Source of the DNA: Octopus bimaculoides
Lineage: Eukaryota
Assembly: GCF_001194135.2 (NCBI RefSeq)
Contig: NC_068982.1
Span: 102,145,276-102,209,275 of the forward strand
DNA: 64,000 nt
Direction: 5' to 3'
Positions 51,305-64,000 of this stretch are shown in pieces. The notes below the pieces were generated by a model. It ran no database searches, was not told where the DNA came from, and saw only the letters and a list, made by a program, of their open reading frames with translations. Numbering within the stretch: position 1 is the first letter of the stretch; every line of letters begins with the position of its first letter. A program made the position numbers and the translations under genes.

Positions 51305-52871
51305 GGATGCTCGCGATTTCCTTCCCAATGTCAGAATTTGTTCAAATCTTCTTCTCTGATGTAGTTTGGCATGCAAATGACGAAAATCATATTCCTTTTT
51401 TTGTAGAAATTGCTAACAACAAAGTTATAACCCTTTGAACGTGTGAAAATTTAACCAATCGAGAGCCTCCATCATCGACATACCGGAAATTGTAATTTCC
51501 ATGTGTTAACGATAAGAAAATGAAAACATTATGAAGCCTTGAAAGAATTTTTTTGCTTAAAAGGAATTTAATGAAAGAAAATTATGAATGTTTCGAATAT
51601 GAAAAAAAAATTTAATGAATTACTATGAAAATGTTATACAACCTTTAAATATGGAAGGTAGAAAGAAAGAAAGAAAGAAAGAAAGAAATAAAGAAAGTAA
51701 GAAAGAAAGAAAGTCAATAACAATGAATAGTTATTATGCACGCCAACATTTTTTCAAAACAGTTGCACTCTTCATACCTTCGGCGCCGCATGAAGTCGCA
51801 GAGATGGTAGAATGATTACTGCCACAACGCTGCTTACTTCCACGCTCGAGACTGGGCCCTTCGTTTCCTAGTTGTTGCGTGTGGGCCTTCTTTCTTGCGC
51901 ATAGGCAATCTCAAGGTTATGGTTCACCGTTCTGTGAAGAAACGTGTATCCCAGTATCTCTGATGTGTGCGAGTATACCCGTCGCTGTATATAGTTGTTT
52001 CCGGCAGAACCGACCGTCGAATGGGTTTTACGATTGTAACAAGGTACAGTTTATAGGAATACCTCTTTTGTTTTGAGACAGAGCACCAAAACCCTAGCAA
52101 TTTCCTGTTGTTATCATCCCCGGTTGAATTTTCTTCTCGAGAACAATGTTCCGTTAGTTTTGAAAACTGTTTCTTGACCACCCGTCTTTAAAAGTTTGCA
52201 CATACCTCGCAGACGCTGTTGCTGTAATCAATAACTATATTTCTGTTAATTTTCAATTCTGCCACACAGAACTGAATAATGGTCAGATCCTCGACCCAGA
52301 AATATAGAAACATATATAGAAATATAGAATGCCACCACCTTCAAACCATGCTACCTTTCTCACAGAGGAAATTTATTTTTTCAGTAGCGTCAATAGACGT
52401 TGCCATGAACTACTTGCATGTTTATGGGTTGTTTTGAAATTCTTCTCCGGTACCACTCCTTTGACTTCAAAAAAATTACTGCATCATACTCCGTCTTCAC
52501 ATTATCACACATATCCCCAAAATTCATTCCAAAAATGTTCATTTGTAAAATTTTTAAAAAAAAGCAGAAAAAGGAATTACGACTTTCTGCACAGGTGCAA
52601 ATACCAAGCTAAAGAAAAATGAATAACTACAGGAAGTAGATAGCAAAGGATTACTGTTCATGTTTTGCACTGAAAGCAAATAACAAATTTATTGCCAAAC
52701 GACTAGAGCGACTTCCGGTATGTGGCTAAAATTTCAAACATTCAAGTTTGTATCTTTTATTCAAAAATTCTATGGAGATGAATGTGATTTTCGTCATTAG
52801 CATGAAAACTTACATCTGTGTAAGTAATTTTTAAAAATATTCTGACCGTGCGAAGAAAACTGTAAATCCCC
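51305..52871 (-). mobile_element. Decayed Merlin (IS1016/ISXO2-like) DNA transposon with long imperfect inverted ends
   Basis: Minus strand VRKVAWFEG, TLFSRRKFNRG, PIRRSVLPETTIYSDG, HRTVNH, LCDFMRRRR; 51305-51490 aligns with the reverse complement of 52712-52871. Confidence 0.8.
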
Positions 52872-53176
52872 TAGAACTCCAACTTTGAAAAATAAGTGAG
52901 GAAGCTTAAAAGAAGAAAAATGTATGCATACTATTTTAAAATAATGCATGCGCATTGTGTGTGTGCGCGCGCGCGAGTGTCCGCGCGTGTGCATTTGTAT
53001 GTGTATGTTCCTATGTATGTATGCTTAAATATATATATATTTATATGTGTTCAAGTTTAACATTTTCAACCATGTAAAACGTGTAGACATAGCAGGTATA
53101 TATCGTAGAGAGAGAGAAAGAAGAGAAAAGATAAGAGACGTAGGCGGAGAAAGTGGGACAGAGAGACAGAGAGACA

Positions 53177-53216
<40 letters not shown>

Positions 53217-53892
53217 AGAAGAAAAATGTCAGGATGTTGTCGATTTTAACTTGTAGTTGACACTTTTGAGTTATGCTGTCATGTGACCACACTCCTCTCA
53301 TATAAACACATCTGAATCTGCACGTTTCACTTACCAACTTTGAGTTTAATCAACTTCTAGCATAAAACTACAAGCAGGTTTCTTTAAATGATCTTAACGT
53401 ATTGAAAGTAGCGCCATCACTTTAAACATCATATTAATATGCAATATATTTCGTAATATAATCCAGGCATGAGCTATATATACGTGTTGAGATTCATTAA
53501 AAGCAATCTTAAAATTGGTGCGTGTTATTATAAATGTGAGGATGTCTTTCTCCTATGCTGAGATCATATGAACAGACATGGAAGTGAGATGTAAGACGTT
53601 CACCTTACAATCATGGGGTACAGAGTTTGATCTCATTGAGCAACATGTTCGTCATGTTTGTTTGTATTATTTTTTTTTTTTGAGAAAGAGTTTGATTCTG
53701 TAGCTTCCACACACCCTTCTATATCCCAGATCATCAACGTAGTTAACGTTCCTCATGAACAGTTGCAAGTCGACTGCTGCAAAAAAGACATGTTCAGCGA
53801 TGAACTCCAGAGGGTTCCAGGGAATAAATTACTGTGTGTATGGGTTAGTCAGGGTCCTGTGATCTTGGACACAATTTATCATTCCGTATATG

Positions 53893-54445
53893 TGAATCTT
53901 AATCTTCGACTTAGTTCCTACTGCGTAGTTGACCTGTACATCGGGCAACAAGACATTTCCAATCATCCACTCTCCTGCATCTTCCTAGATGATACTAAGC
54001 TGATTTAGGTCTTCTTCGTAGACGACGCGACATATCTCCTTGGGCCTCTCCCCTCCTTCATCCCTCTGGTGTTACACATTGCATAAACTGTCTTGGGTAT
54101 TTTCCTCCTTGGAAGTATAACAATTTTATCCTCCACAATTCCCTGCAGTCTGTGCAGATTGATTTTTTTCGGGACATCAGAGTTTCTAATTGTCCTTGTT
54201 AGTGATCTAGAATGTTCTTTGTCGACACATTTAGTGGAATTCATTCAAGTTCTGAGTGATCGGTGCAGTCATTTTCCAAGCTACACCCGCGTCAGTTGTA
54301 GTTCGCAGAACAATGCTCTGGTGCACCAAGAACTTCATATGGTAGCTAATGAAAGTACTGGTTCAGATTTTGTTTATATTCCTGAACACTTCCTCTGCAC
54401 GCTCAGTTCTGTAGCTGATATCTGACTCAGCATCTTTCGTTCTAG
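53893..54445 (-). mobile_element. RTE-clade LINE 3' fragment
   Basis: DAESDISYRTERAEEVFRNINKI(W)...AWKMTAPITQNLNEFH...GERPKE....EEDL, then short-repeat tail aggaactaagtcgaagattaagatt. Confidence 0.75.
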
Positions 54446-54943
54446 CAATAATGCTATATGCGTATGCGTGCATGTAAATACTCATTAATGTGTATTAATG
54501 AATATTTATATGTGAAACATCACTTGCGTATTAATACGAGTGCCTATGATGATGCCTTTCGTTTATAAATCTACTCCCTTTTATCCAGCATTTGTTCGTC
54601 CCATGATTGTCCGTCCAGCATTCCGTTTGTGATATTTCTTTTCTCTACGGCTAAAGGATATGATTGTGTGTAAGATTAGGCTGTCATCTCTATCAGCGGT
54701 CTTTTCTCAACGGCTTCTCTATGGACATTTATATATCGATGAGTACGTGGAATGAAGACAAAACACAGTTGAGTAAATATATCCATATGTAGACATCTAA
54801 GTGTTTACATATTGCAGTTTGCAGATACTTGATTGAGAGTTTTGTCTACATTTTATGTGTAAACAATATTCATACCGTTTGAAACTTAAGTTAAATGTTA
54901 TTTATATTTTTTGTGTGTTTACTTCATCTACTCTATAATATAA

Positions 54944-54995
<52 letters not shown>

Positions 54996-55639
54996 ACACA
55001 TATATATATATACATATATACTTATATATATTTACACACACACACACACATATATATTTATATATTGTTGTACTTGGCGGTGGTCATTTTTTTTTGCCAA
55101 ATATATGGATATGTATAAACATATACACACACACACATACATGTATATTTATATATATGTATGTATGTATGCATGTATGTATGTATCATGTTACTTTCAG
55201 TTTGTATTTCACTATTGTCTTTTCTGAAACATTCTGACAAAAATAACAAAAAATTCCATCTTGTATGGTGACAAAGTGATGGATTTTATGAAAGAGCAGT
55301 CTCGATAAAATCTTCTTTGAGTATGTACACTAAAAAGATTATCTGAATTCGAAAGAATCTAAACGAAAATAATTTTGTCTATAATAACATTATGATATTT
55401 TTACTTATCGTAAGACAAATGGATGTGGTAGTGACAATGAAAAAAATGACATGTATATATTTTAGAATAAACAATATGTTACTACTCCTCGCCACTACAC
55501 TTAACAAGAAAGACAGTTAGTAACACAATAGTTATATATGATAAATGATATGTCAAGCATGGGTCGTAAAACGAAATGGAATGCATGGAATTTAACGCAG
55601 TAGTACACTACGATTCTCTCTCTTTTTATGCATATATAT

Positions 55640-55832
55640 ATTCTTTTATTCTTTTAGTTGTTTCAGTCATCTGACTGTGGCCATGCTGGAGCACCGCAAG
55701 GTGCTTTTTATCGAAGTATTCGACTCCAGAACTTATTTTTTGTGAACCTAGCACTTATTCTATCACCCACTTTTACTGACCTGCTATGTTACGGGGACAT
55801 AAACACACCAATACCGATTGTCAAACACAAAC

Positions 55833-55860
<28 letters not shown>
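55640..55860 (-). mobile_element. SINE-A 3' half
   Basis: tttcagtcatctgactgtggccatgctggagcaccg...ttacggggacataaacacacca...(TA)n. Confidence 0.85.
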
Positions 55861-55864
<4 letters not shown>

Positions 55865-55904
55865 GCGTAGTATATGTAGATACGTATAATGCATATATAT
55901 ATAT

Positions 55905-55950
<46 letters not shown>

Positions 55951-55992
55951 TAATATGTATAAAATTATATATAACGTGCAGATATATATGTG

Positions 55993-56200
55993 TACGAAAA
56001 GTTCCTGGCTTTAAGGGTATTTCAAAAAGCTTGGTTGCAGGCCCTCCTTTCCGAGTTCTTTTTCAAGACTTAGAAAAACTGAAGGGTTGCTACTATAAGT
56101 GTGTGAATTTCAGAGGCGAATATGTTGAATATAATGATAATCAACTGATCGTCCTGTAGTTCTGTTACTCAACCCAGGAACTTTACAGAACCCTCTCGAA
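55993..56200 (+). mobile_element. Internally deleted mariner derivative (MITE-like)
   Basis: Inverted ends aaaagttcctggct / acccaggaacttt; residual C-terminal LEKLKGCYYKCVNFRGEYVE (mariner KC...GEYVE motif). Confidence 0.75.
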
Positions 56201-56264
56201 TATGTAATTGCGCGTGAGCGTGTCTGTACGTACACATGCATGCACATGCACACACACATACACT

Positions 56265-56408
56265 CACATGTATGTATGTATGTATGTATGTATGTATGTA
56301 TGTATGTATGTACGTGCGTATGAATGTATGTATTTTGTATGCATTATGTATGTATGTATGTATGTATGTATGTATGCATGTATGAATGTATGTATGTATG
56401 TATGTATG

Positions 56409-56499
<91 letters not shown>

Positions 56500-56500
56500 G
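56265..56500. repeat. (TATG)n followed by (TCTA)n
   Basis: Direct reading. Confidence 0.97.
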
Positions 56501-57576
56501 ATCGTTGCAGCCATCAGACAAGTGTGAAATGCAATCAAGCGAAAGAAAGTACTCAGTACTGTCAAGCAGAATGAAAAAATAAAATATTATTTATTTAATA
56601 CTAAGTTGCAACCAGAAGATTCTCCTTAGTTCCTTGCCGTTCTCCTACTGAAATAGTTGCTTTAAGTAATATGTAGAATATATCCACATACATGCGAGCA
56701 CACACATGCATACGTACAAATTTGTTTAAAGTCTGTAAATTGTGTTTAAGGGAATCGCTCGCTATCCTCCGCTACTACAACCGCTCACTACTCAATAGAT
56801 CTTGTGATGGTCAGTGCTACTGTTTGTGGTCTGGGTGGAGGTGGGTGGGGCAGGGGAATGGTATCAATGAGGAGAGGAGGTAGGAGGAAAAAGAGTAAGT
56901 AGGTGTCACATGAAGAGAGGGAGTTGAGCCCATGTGATGCGAAAGAGCGAAGAGGGAAGATTAATACCTGTTCACAACGAAGGCAGGAGTCCGGATGGTC
57001 CCTGTCCAAAGACAGTCAGAACACAGACATATGTTGTAGTGAACGATCGGTAGAGCGGAAATGGCGCGAGACCGCGGTACGGTATGGCTTGCTTAAAAAA
57101 AAAAATAACGTGAAAGAAGGCTGGTTTTTCAGAAAAGAAATAAATGTGTAAGGACGAGGTAAATGTAAAATGAGATAAGAAAGACAGTAAAAGAATATTA
57201 GAAATTGCCTCCCTTCAGCCCACTCGAATCAACATTAATATGTTTGATGCAAATTTATTCAACGGGAGAAGAAATATAGATTGAAAGATAAAATAATATG
57301 CGTTCAGTGAAAGTTTCATACAGCTGCTACTCCAACGCGAACGATATCCCTCGCAGGTCCTACCAAGCGCTTTTCCAAGTTGTGACTGCCGAGAGACAGA
57401 GACTGGTCCAATAGCAGCTTCTTGTTTCTTCGTTTTTTTTCCTCAACGACCAGCTATGTTTTATATTTGACGCTGAAAGATTGCTTGGAAACATACAGCA
57501 CACTATAGAACCTTGTCTGCTCGTCGTGTTTTCACAGTGTGAAACTAAATAGTAGGCTGAATTTACATTCTATGTG

Positions 57577-57666
<90 letters not shown>

Positions 57667-57949
57667 TACATACATACATACACACATACATGCATACATA
57701 CATACATACATACATACATACATACATACATGTGTGTGTATGCCCGCTCACTGATTGTAATTTGTCTGTATCGTCTGTATGTGCGAATCAGTTTAACCTT
57801 TCGCTGATGATTCGTGTCTGAAGTCAAGGGTCATTGACACCATCTGCTTGGTCATTTTTCAATGCCGATTGCCTTTTCTCTAAGATTATTTATGCATTTA
57901 TGCACATTGCTTTTATCAATTAAGTCATCTCTTTAAGCGACCTCTAGAC

Positions 57950-58120
57950 TGCTGTTGAAGTTAGGCACCCTGCATTCTTCTTTCGTCAACAACTCAATGC
58001 GGGCACATTTCTCTACTTGGGATGCAGCAATTTTCTGCAATGAAGAACAGGAAAAGGAGTTACTATATTGGAAGAGTTATTCTATCAACAAGTGAAATCA
58101 GACCGACCTATGTCACATAA
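57950..58120 (+). pseudogene. Possible hAT dimerisation-domain remnant
   Basis: STTQC...QFSAMKNRKRS...ILSTSEIRP resembles the STTYLCE..FSAM..K...R.RL motif. Confidence 0.4.
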
Positions 58121-58300
58121 AAAAAATTAACCCCGTTATGATATTATATGCAGTGTAAACCTCAGGTTTTAATGATGCAACAAAAGGAGCCCTGTAGAAA
58201 GGCAATGAAAAATATACAGGGCCATAACTTTATGCATAGACACACAAGCATACATACGCACATACACATACACACAGAACACACACACACACACGAATAC

Positions 58301-58342
<42 letters not shown>

Positions 58343-59257
58343 NNNNNNNNNNNNNNNNNNNNNNNNNNNNNNNNNNNNNNNNNNNNNNNNNNNNNNNNNN
58401 NNNNNNNNNNNNNNNNNNNNNNNNNNNNNNNNNNNNNNNNNNNNNNNNNNNNNNNNNNNNNNNNNNNNNNNNNNNNNNNNNNNNNNNNNNNNNNNNNNNN
58501 NNNNNNNNNNNNNNNNNNNNNNNNNNNNNNNNNNNNNNNNNNNNNNNNNNNNNNNNNNNNNNNNNNNNNNNNNNNNNNNNNNNNNNNNNNNNNNNNNNNN
58601 NNNNNNNNNNNNNNNNNNNNNNNNNNNNNNNNNNNNNNNNNNNNNNNNNNNNNNNNNNNNNNNNNNNNNNNNNNNNNNNNNNNNNNNNNNNNNNNNNNNN
58701 NNNNNNNNNNNNNNNNNNNNNNNNNNNNNNNNNNNNNNNNNNNNNNNNNNNNNNNNNNNNNNNNNNNNNNNNNNNNNNNNNNNNNNNNNNNNNNNNNNNN
58801 NNNNNNNNNNNNNNNNNNNNNNNNNNNNNNNNNNNNNNNNNNNNNNNNNNNNNNNNNNNNNNNNNNNNNNNNNNNNNNNNNNNNNNNNNNNNNNNNNNNN
58901 NNNNNNNNNNNNNNNNNNNNNNNNNNNNNNNNNNNNNNNNNNNNNNNNNNNNNNNNNNNNNNNNNNNNNNNNNNNNNNNNNNNNNNNNNNNNNNNNNNNN
59001 NATATCTTTACACATATGCATATGCACATATGTGTATGTGTATATTTATCTACCTATCTATCTATTTTTTAACCTATCTATTTATCTATCCATCTCTCTA
59101 TTTATTTCTATGTATGTATGTATGTATGTATGTATGCGTGTATGTATTTCTTTATTCGTGTATATATTCATACATATGTACAGACAAATTTATACATGTA
59201 AATATACGAAGACAGACAGATGAAATGATACACTAATACGTTGTTGATAACGAGGTT

Positions 59258-59318
<61 letters not shown>

Positions 59319-59470
59319 GTATGTTTGTAGGCAGGGTAGGTAGGTAAGTGGTGCTTGTTATCGGAAGCAAGCAGCTGAATGGGGGAGTAAATATCAGTTT
59401 ACTTGGTCAACCTATTGAAATCTGTTTTCCACGGACTATTATTTGACTTCTAATAATAAAATATTAATAA

Positions 59471-59520
<50 letters not shown>

Positions 59521-59562
59521 GTTGTTGTTGTTGTTATTGTTGTTGTTGTTGTTATTATTATT

Positions 59563-59815
59563 GAGGGAAAGCTGTCTTTATATAACTGGTGATCATAGCT
59601 AAAGAGGTTGTAGGATGGACGAGATTGAAGGAGCTTAAGACGAACACTTTTCTCTTTGGTCAATACCGGAACAACTTGAAAAGGAAAATAAGGGTAGAGA
59701 CGGAAGTGTTGTCTTCTAACCAGTTTGCTGAAAGATAGATGAAAGTGGCGAGAATGGTGCGAGTGAACAGGCTTGCTTTGAGCATACGCCTTCAATTGGA
59801 GAAAAGAAAAGAAAA
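59563..59815 (+). mobile_element. Tx1/L1-clade LINE: ORF2 C-terminal fragment
   Basis: Diverged direct repeat of 61340-61530; begins immediately after (ATT/GTT)n. Confidence 0.85.
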
Positions 59816-59819
59816 AAAC

Positions 59820-61786
59820 AGCGAAGGAGGCGGAGCGCTGCGAAAGGCCGATAACAGCCTTTGAAATACGGGAAACAATGGCTAGCTGCACGAGGGGTAA
59901 ATCGCCTCGTTTGGATGGTCTGCCCTACGAGCTCTACGCTTACGTACCAGATTTGTTGGGCAACCTCTTAGTAAACGTTTACTGCAACTGGCAACAGAAT
60001 GGGAGAATTCCCAGGTTTGTGAGCCGAGGAGTGGTGGCGTTGCTGAAAAAAGACCCGAACAAGAGGAATTGTATTGACAGCTATAGGCCCATAACTCTGC
60101 TGAAATTTTGGCCAAGGTGTTAGCTACGAGGTTGGCGCTTGTCGTCGACGATCTGGTAGGGGAGGCACAGATATGCGCCATGCTGATAAGATCCGTCCAC
60201 GACAACCCCACCTCATGCGATACATCATTGAAAAGTGGCTAAAGAACCTGGCACGGGAGGGGCCCTGATCAATTTAGATCAGGGTAAAGCTTTCGATAGG
60301 GTCGACCATCTATACCTGCTGACGGTCCTCAAGGCATCTAGTTTCGGGCCTATATTCAGGGGCTGGATCACCGCAATGCACAGCGACATGGCTGGACACA
60401 GCTTGTGGCTGGACACCTGGAGAAGCAAATCCGTCTATGCGCGCTAGACAGCCGGACAGGTTAAATTGTTCGGGTCCTGGTTCAGTCCAGACCTCGAGAT
60501 GGATAAAAACTGGGATAGGTAATGACCAAGGTGACTACTCTCACGCAGAAATGGGTCCAGAAAAAGCTATCCCTGAAAGGTCGGGCAGAGGTAGCTAACG
60601 CGTATATCGCATCCGTCATCTATTATTGCTTGACCGTACTGGCCACTGTCTCATAACACTGGAGCGTATACTCTCCCATTTCTTATGGAAGGGACACATC
60701 CGATGGTCAGACGGTCTATCTGCTGTCAGTAATCGCTACGAGGTGGCCTGGGTATGCCATGGTTGATGATGCGCAGCAGACATGCACTGAGGCTACGACA
60801 TCTCCAGTGCTTCCTTGACAGTGTACAGGTGTGATCGTCGTTCGCCAGACATGTTATTCTGCAGCTGGTTTCTGTAACAGAACTGCAGTCCTGGGTAAAG
60901 CAGAAACCGAGGAGGAACATTTGGAAAGTGGAATGTTTTCAAGCGCTTCCAGCCATCAGCCAATCGGACAGTGCGATAGGTAGAATGTCCCCTTTAGCTT
61001 TTTATACGGGATTAGTGGAGAAAAAGTGCGACGACGTTCCTGGGGTGACTTTGGGTGTCGAAGTAGATCAGCTAGACGCTCTTTTCCGGAGAACCTTCGG
61101 GCCGAGACCGATGGATAATTTCCAAAAATCTCTGGCCTAGCAGTGCTACCAGGGAGCTTTGCATCTTCAAAGTAAACTCTACAGGCACGGAAATGCCGTC
61201 AGCCAAGCATGTTCGAGATGCGCGCTCTCGTCCAGTTCGTGTGGCTTTATGTTGGACACCTGCTGTCGCGTGTGAGACGGATCCGGCTGTCAACTGAATC
61301 CATTGTGAAGATCGCCCCGCCGCCTTCCTTTAACAGGGAAGGAAAGGCTGTTTTTTTATACCTGGTGGCCATAGCGAAAGAAGTTGTTGAGTGGACGAGA
61401 TTGAAGGGGCTGAAGACAAACCCTTTTCTCTTTGGTCAATCCCTGTTCAATTTCTTTAAGCTTCACTTGAAAATGAAAATAAGGGTAGAGGGGGAAGCGT
61501 TATCTTCTAGCCAATTTGTAGTTGATAAAAAAAGGAAAGGAAAAACGGCACCTGTCCCAAAAGTCAGGGTACGCATAGTTTATATGGAGCTTTCCATGAG
61601 CAATCCTCGAACGTCTCCTCCCTATTGAGGATCAAACATTGTGAATTTTAAGAAATTTTGTTGAACTTATTTACACGCAAAACCCTCACAACACACACCT
61701 ACACACATACACACATATTCTTTGTTTTGTCCTGTTCTGTCCATAATGTTTTTCCTAATGTAAACCCTTGTGGTTAATAAAGAAAC

Positions 61787-61787
<1 letters not shown>
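59820..61787 (+). mobile_element. 5'-truncated Tx1/L1-clade LINE (RT with internal deletion, C-terminal knuckle, 3' UTR) ending in (ATT)n
   Basis: RPITAFEIRETMASCTRGKSPRLDGLPYELY, YRPITLL, LINLDQGKAFDRVDHLYL, WVQKKLSLKGRAEVAN, CSRC; QG/YADD region not found; AATAAA at 61776 then gaaacc(att)n. Confidence 0.9.
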
Positions 61788-61865
<78 letters not shown>

Positions 61866-62904
61866 TACCAGTTTTCATACATATATACCAATGTGGTTGA
61901 GAAGATGGTATGATGCCTTAATTTTACCTCGGCTTGTCCTTGTCTATTTTACTTAATTACTTGTATAAACCATCTCTAACCAAGAAATATCTAGCTGTTA
62001 AAGTAAAAACACTTACACCGTAATAGCCATCACCTAGGTAAACTGTTGCGTACAGATGGATGTCAGATTTTTAAGTCAGTTTTTCAATTTTATTGATATA
62101 GTATAGCCTTAAATTAGCCCCTATAGGCTAGAACTTTGATATAAAATCTTTTAAAGTCATGCCAGTAGATCGAAGTCCTCCTGAGTGTGACTTTAAATTG
62201 TGTCCGGTTGTGGAACCTTGTTCGGGATTTCCAGGATTTTAACGAGGGAAGAACCACCTCTTAGCCACTATTGTTCCCATATTTATTCCTACTCAGATTA
62301 GAAATATCTATTAAGGTCCCAGCTATGGGTTAATTTACAAATTAGCAATTCACGGATCGTCTCCGGAAGAAGGTCACTCACAGAATGGTAGATGGGAACC
62401 TTCAGCTTTTTAGCAGCTCCAGACCATTACAGGCTTGAAGGACGAGTGAGTGCGACAGGATCTTTAGAAACCACGAATCCTTGCTGCCATGTATGGTAAT
62501 TTACTGTGCATTTCATAAGTCTAAGGGAGTAATCCCCTATAAAAAATCTGGAAGGGACCCTAAAGCAGATATGTACTACTATAATTAACCAATATCCAGC
62601 GTCCCCTACGGTTCAATGGATGTTGCGCACGTACTAGCTTTTCTTACCCGCGTAGAGGAACCAGATAAGAAGTGGTAAGTGTACTTGAGGCTAAGCACTT
62701 GCAGCTGGAAACAACCAAGGCGCAGCAGATCTGGTTGTATTACTGTCTACTTAATATCGTCAGCCATCGACGAAGGCCAACCTTATATCTTCAGCAACGG
62801 GTCAACTTATTGCAGGTTATACATCAAAGGGTAAAAAATATTTGTGGCTAGATGCCGTCAGCAAAGTGTTGCTGGATAAATATTGTTAACTAAGATTCAA
62901 AATA

Positions 62905-63053
62905 TTTCTTTCTTTATTGCCCACCAAGGGGCTAAACATAGAGGGGGAAAACAAGGACAAAGGAGTTAAGTTGATTACATCGACACCAGAGAGTAACTGG
63001 TACTTATTTAATCGACACCGAAAGGATGAAAGGCAAAGTCGATCTCGGCGGAG
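62905..63053 (-). mobile_element. SINE-B 3' part (tail type 1)
   Basis: ctttattgcccaccaaggggctaaacatagaggg...gaaaggatgaaaggcaaagtcgatctcggcgg. Confidence 0.9.
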
Positions 63054-64000
63054 GCTACATACCTTCAGTAAAGGACCAAAATATTGTTGGTTTTAAAACT
63101 TCATTTATTTCCCATGAAAAATCAAATAATTTGTTTTATATATATATATATATATATAAAATACTGACACTTGCTTCTTCTTGCAAAAGCGATTTTCGAA
63201 AGAAATTTTAATGATGTCTAAATTCCGACGGAAGAGGAAATGTAAAGTTGTGGCAATCTTCTGTAATAAGATAGAAAAAAAGAAGCTAATTCAGTCAGAA
63301 AATCCGATTATTCGTTCACTGGAAATTTACAACGCTAAATATTGGCTAACTAAACATGATAGTATGTAATTGTTTATTTGGGGGGTTTTTTCCACTATTG
63401 TTATTCAAAATCTGAAAACTAATAGTCATAATATACATCTGTCTTCGAGATCAAACTTGTGTAGCTGCTGAAGTGCAGAGTCAAGTGGAAAACCGAACAT
63501 ATAGCTTACCATTAGATCAATGAAATTAATTAATATCAAAGTGTGAAGCTAATACTAAAATGAGTGGCATTAGTTTTGATATTTTTAATGAAAGTATGGA
63601 AGCCTTGATAATATTAAACTATATTACAGATGTATTATTTTTATAATGGATTTCATTTATAGTTTTAAATGACTTTCTATCTTGAAAATAGAAATCGAAT
63701 TTTTAGAGAAGAGAAGTTTTGGTTCACTCTATGACATAGTAGGCCACCCAGTGAATGAATGCAATGATATGTTGAGAAGTTTATGTTGTTAATTTGCTGT
63801 TGTTTAGTGTTGAGATTTCTCTTTGTCTATTCTACGATGAATAACGAAACAAATGGGCAGGTTGAGGTCAATATTTGCACAGAAATTATGAAAAGATAAA
63901 AAATAAAGCCTTATTGAATTGTTTCATGCGGGTAAATATCATAGGAACGTATGGGAATTGTATATTGATGTTCCAGGTGTTTGCATAGCAGAGGAAAATG

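Noticed and set aside
53658-54008. 116-aa plus-strand ORF and a minus-strand FMRNVNYVDDL (YVDD-like) peptide
   Set aside because: The ORF's 3' part is the antisense of an RTE tail; the YVDD peptide lacks other RT motifs, so it is unassigned.
62200-62870. Complex sequence with a weak RT-like VIPYKKSGRDPK...PIS motif
   Set aside because: Too degraded to assign; probably an old LINE, but only a single weak motif supports it.

Overview
AT-rich eukaryotic (animal) DNA saturated with microsatellites, containing 18 assembly gaps (N runs) that are almost all flanked by simple repeats. The SINE families and microsatellite load suggest a cephalopod such as Octopus (inference, not checked). I found no host gene, RNA gene, CRISPR array or intact transposon ORF. 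Most entries in the ORF track are translations of microsatellites or N runs. The window is a graveyard of mobile elements: four tRNA-derived SINE families (labelled A-D here), many 5'-truncated restriction-like-endonuclease (RLE; R4/Dong-type) LINEs, Tx1/L1-clade, RTE and CR1/L2-type LINE remnants, probable Penelope remnants, and DNA transposons (Tc1, mariner, pogo/Tigger, hAT, Merlin). The most interesting signal is a set of retroelements tied to specific microsatellites. (1) R4/Dong-like LINEs sit in (TAA)n tracts and stack head-to-tail in trains (21.1-23.2 kb, 45.8-46.8 kb). (2) A divergent RLE lineage starts and ends at (CATA)n tracts (41.25-42.6 kb). (3) A Tx1-clade LINE sits in the same TAA/TTA tracts in the opposite polarity and shares its 3' ~55 nt with SINE-B, suggesting a Tx1-SINE partnership. 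Also notable: a ~735-bp palindrome carrying hammerhead-like motifs, a SINE flanked by ~100-bp direct repeats, and a decayed Merlin element with long inverted ends. All family calls come from motif recognition by eye, and coordinates of degraded elements are approximate.
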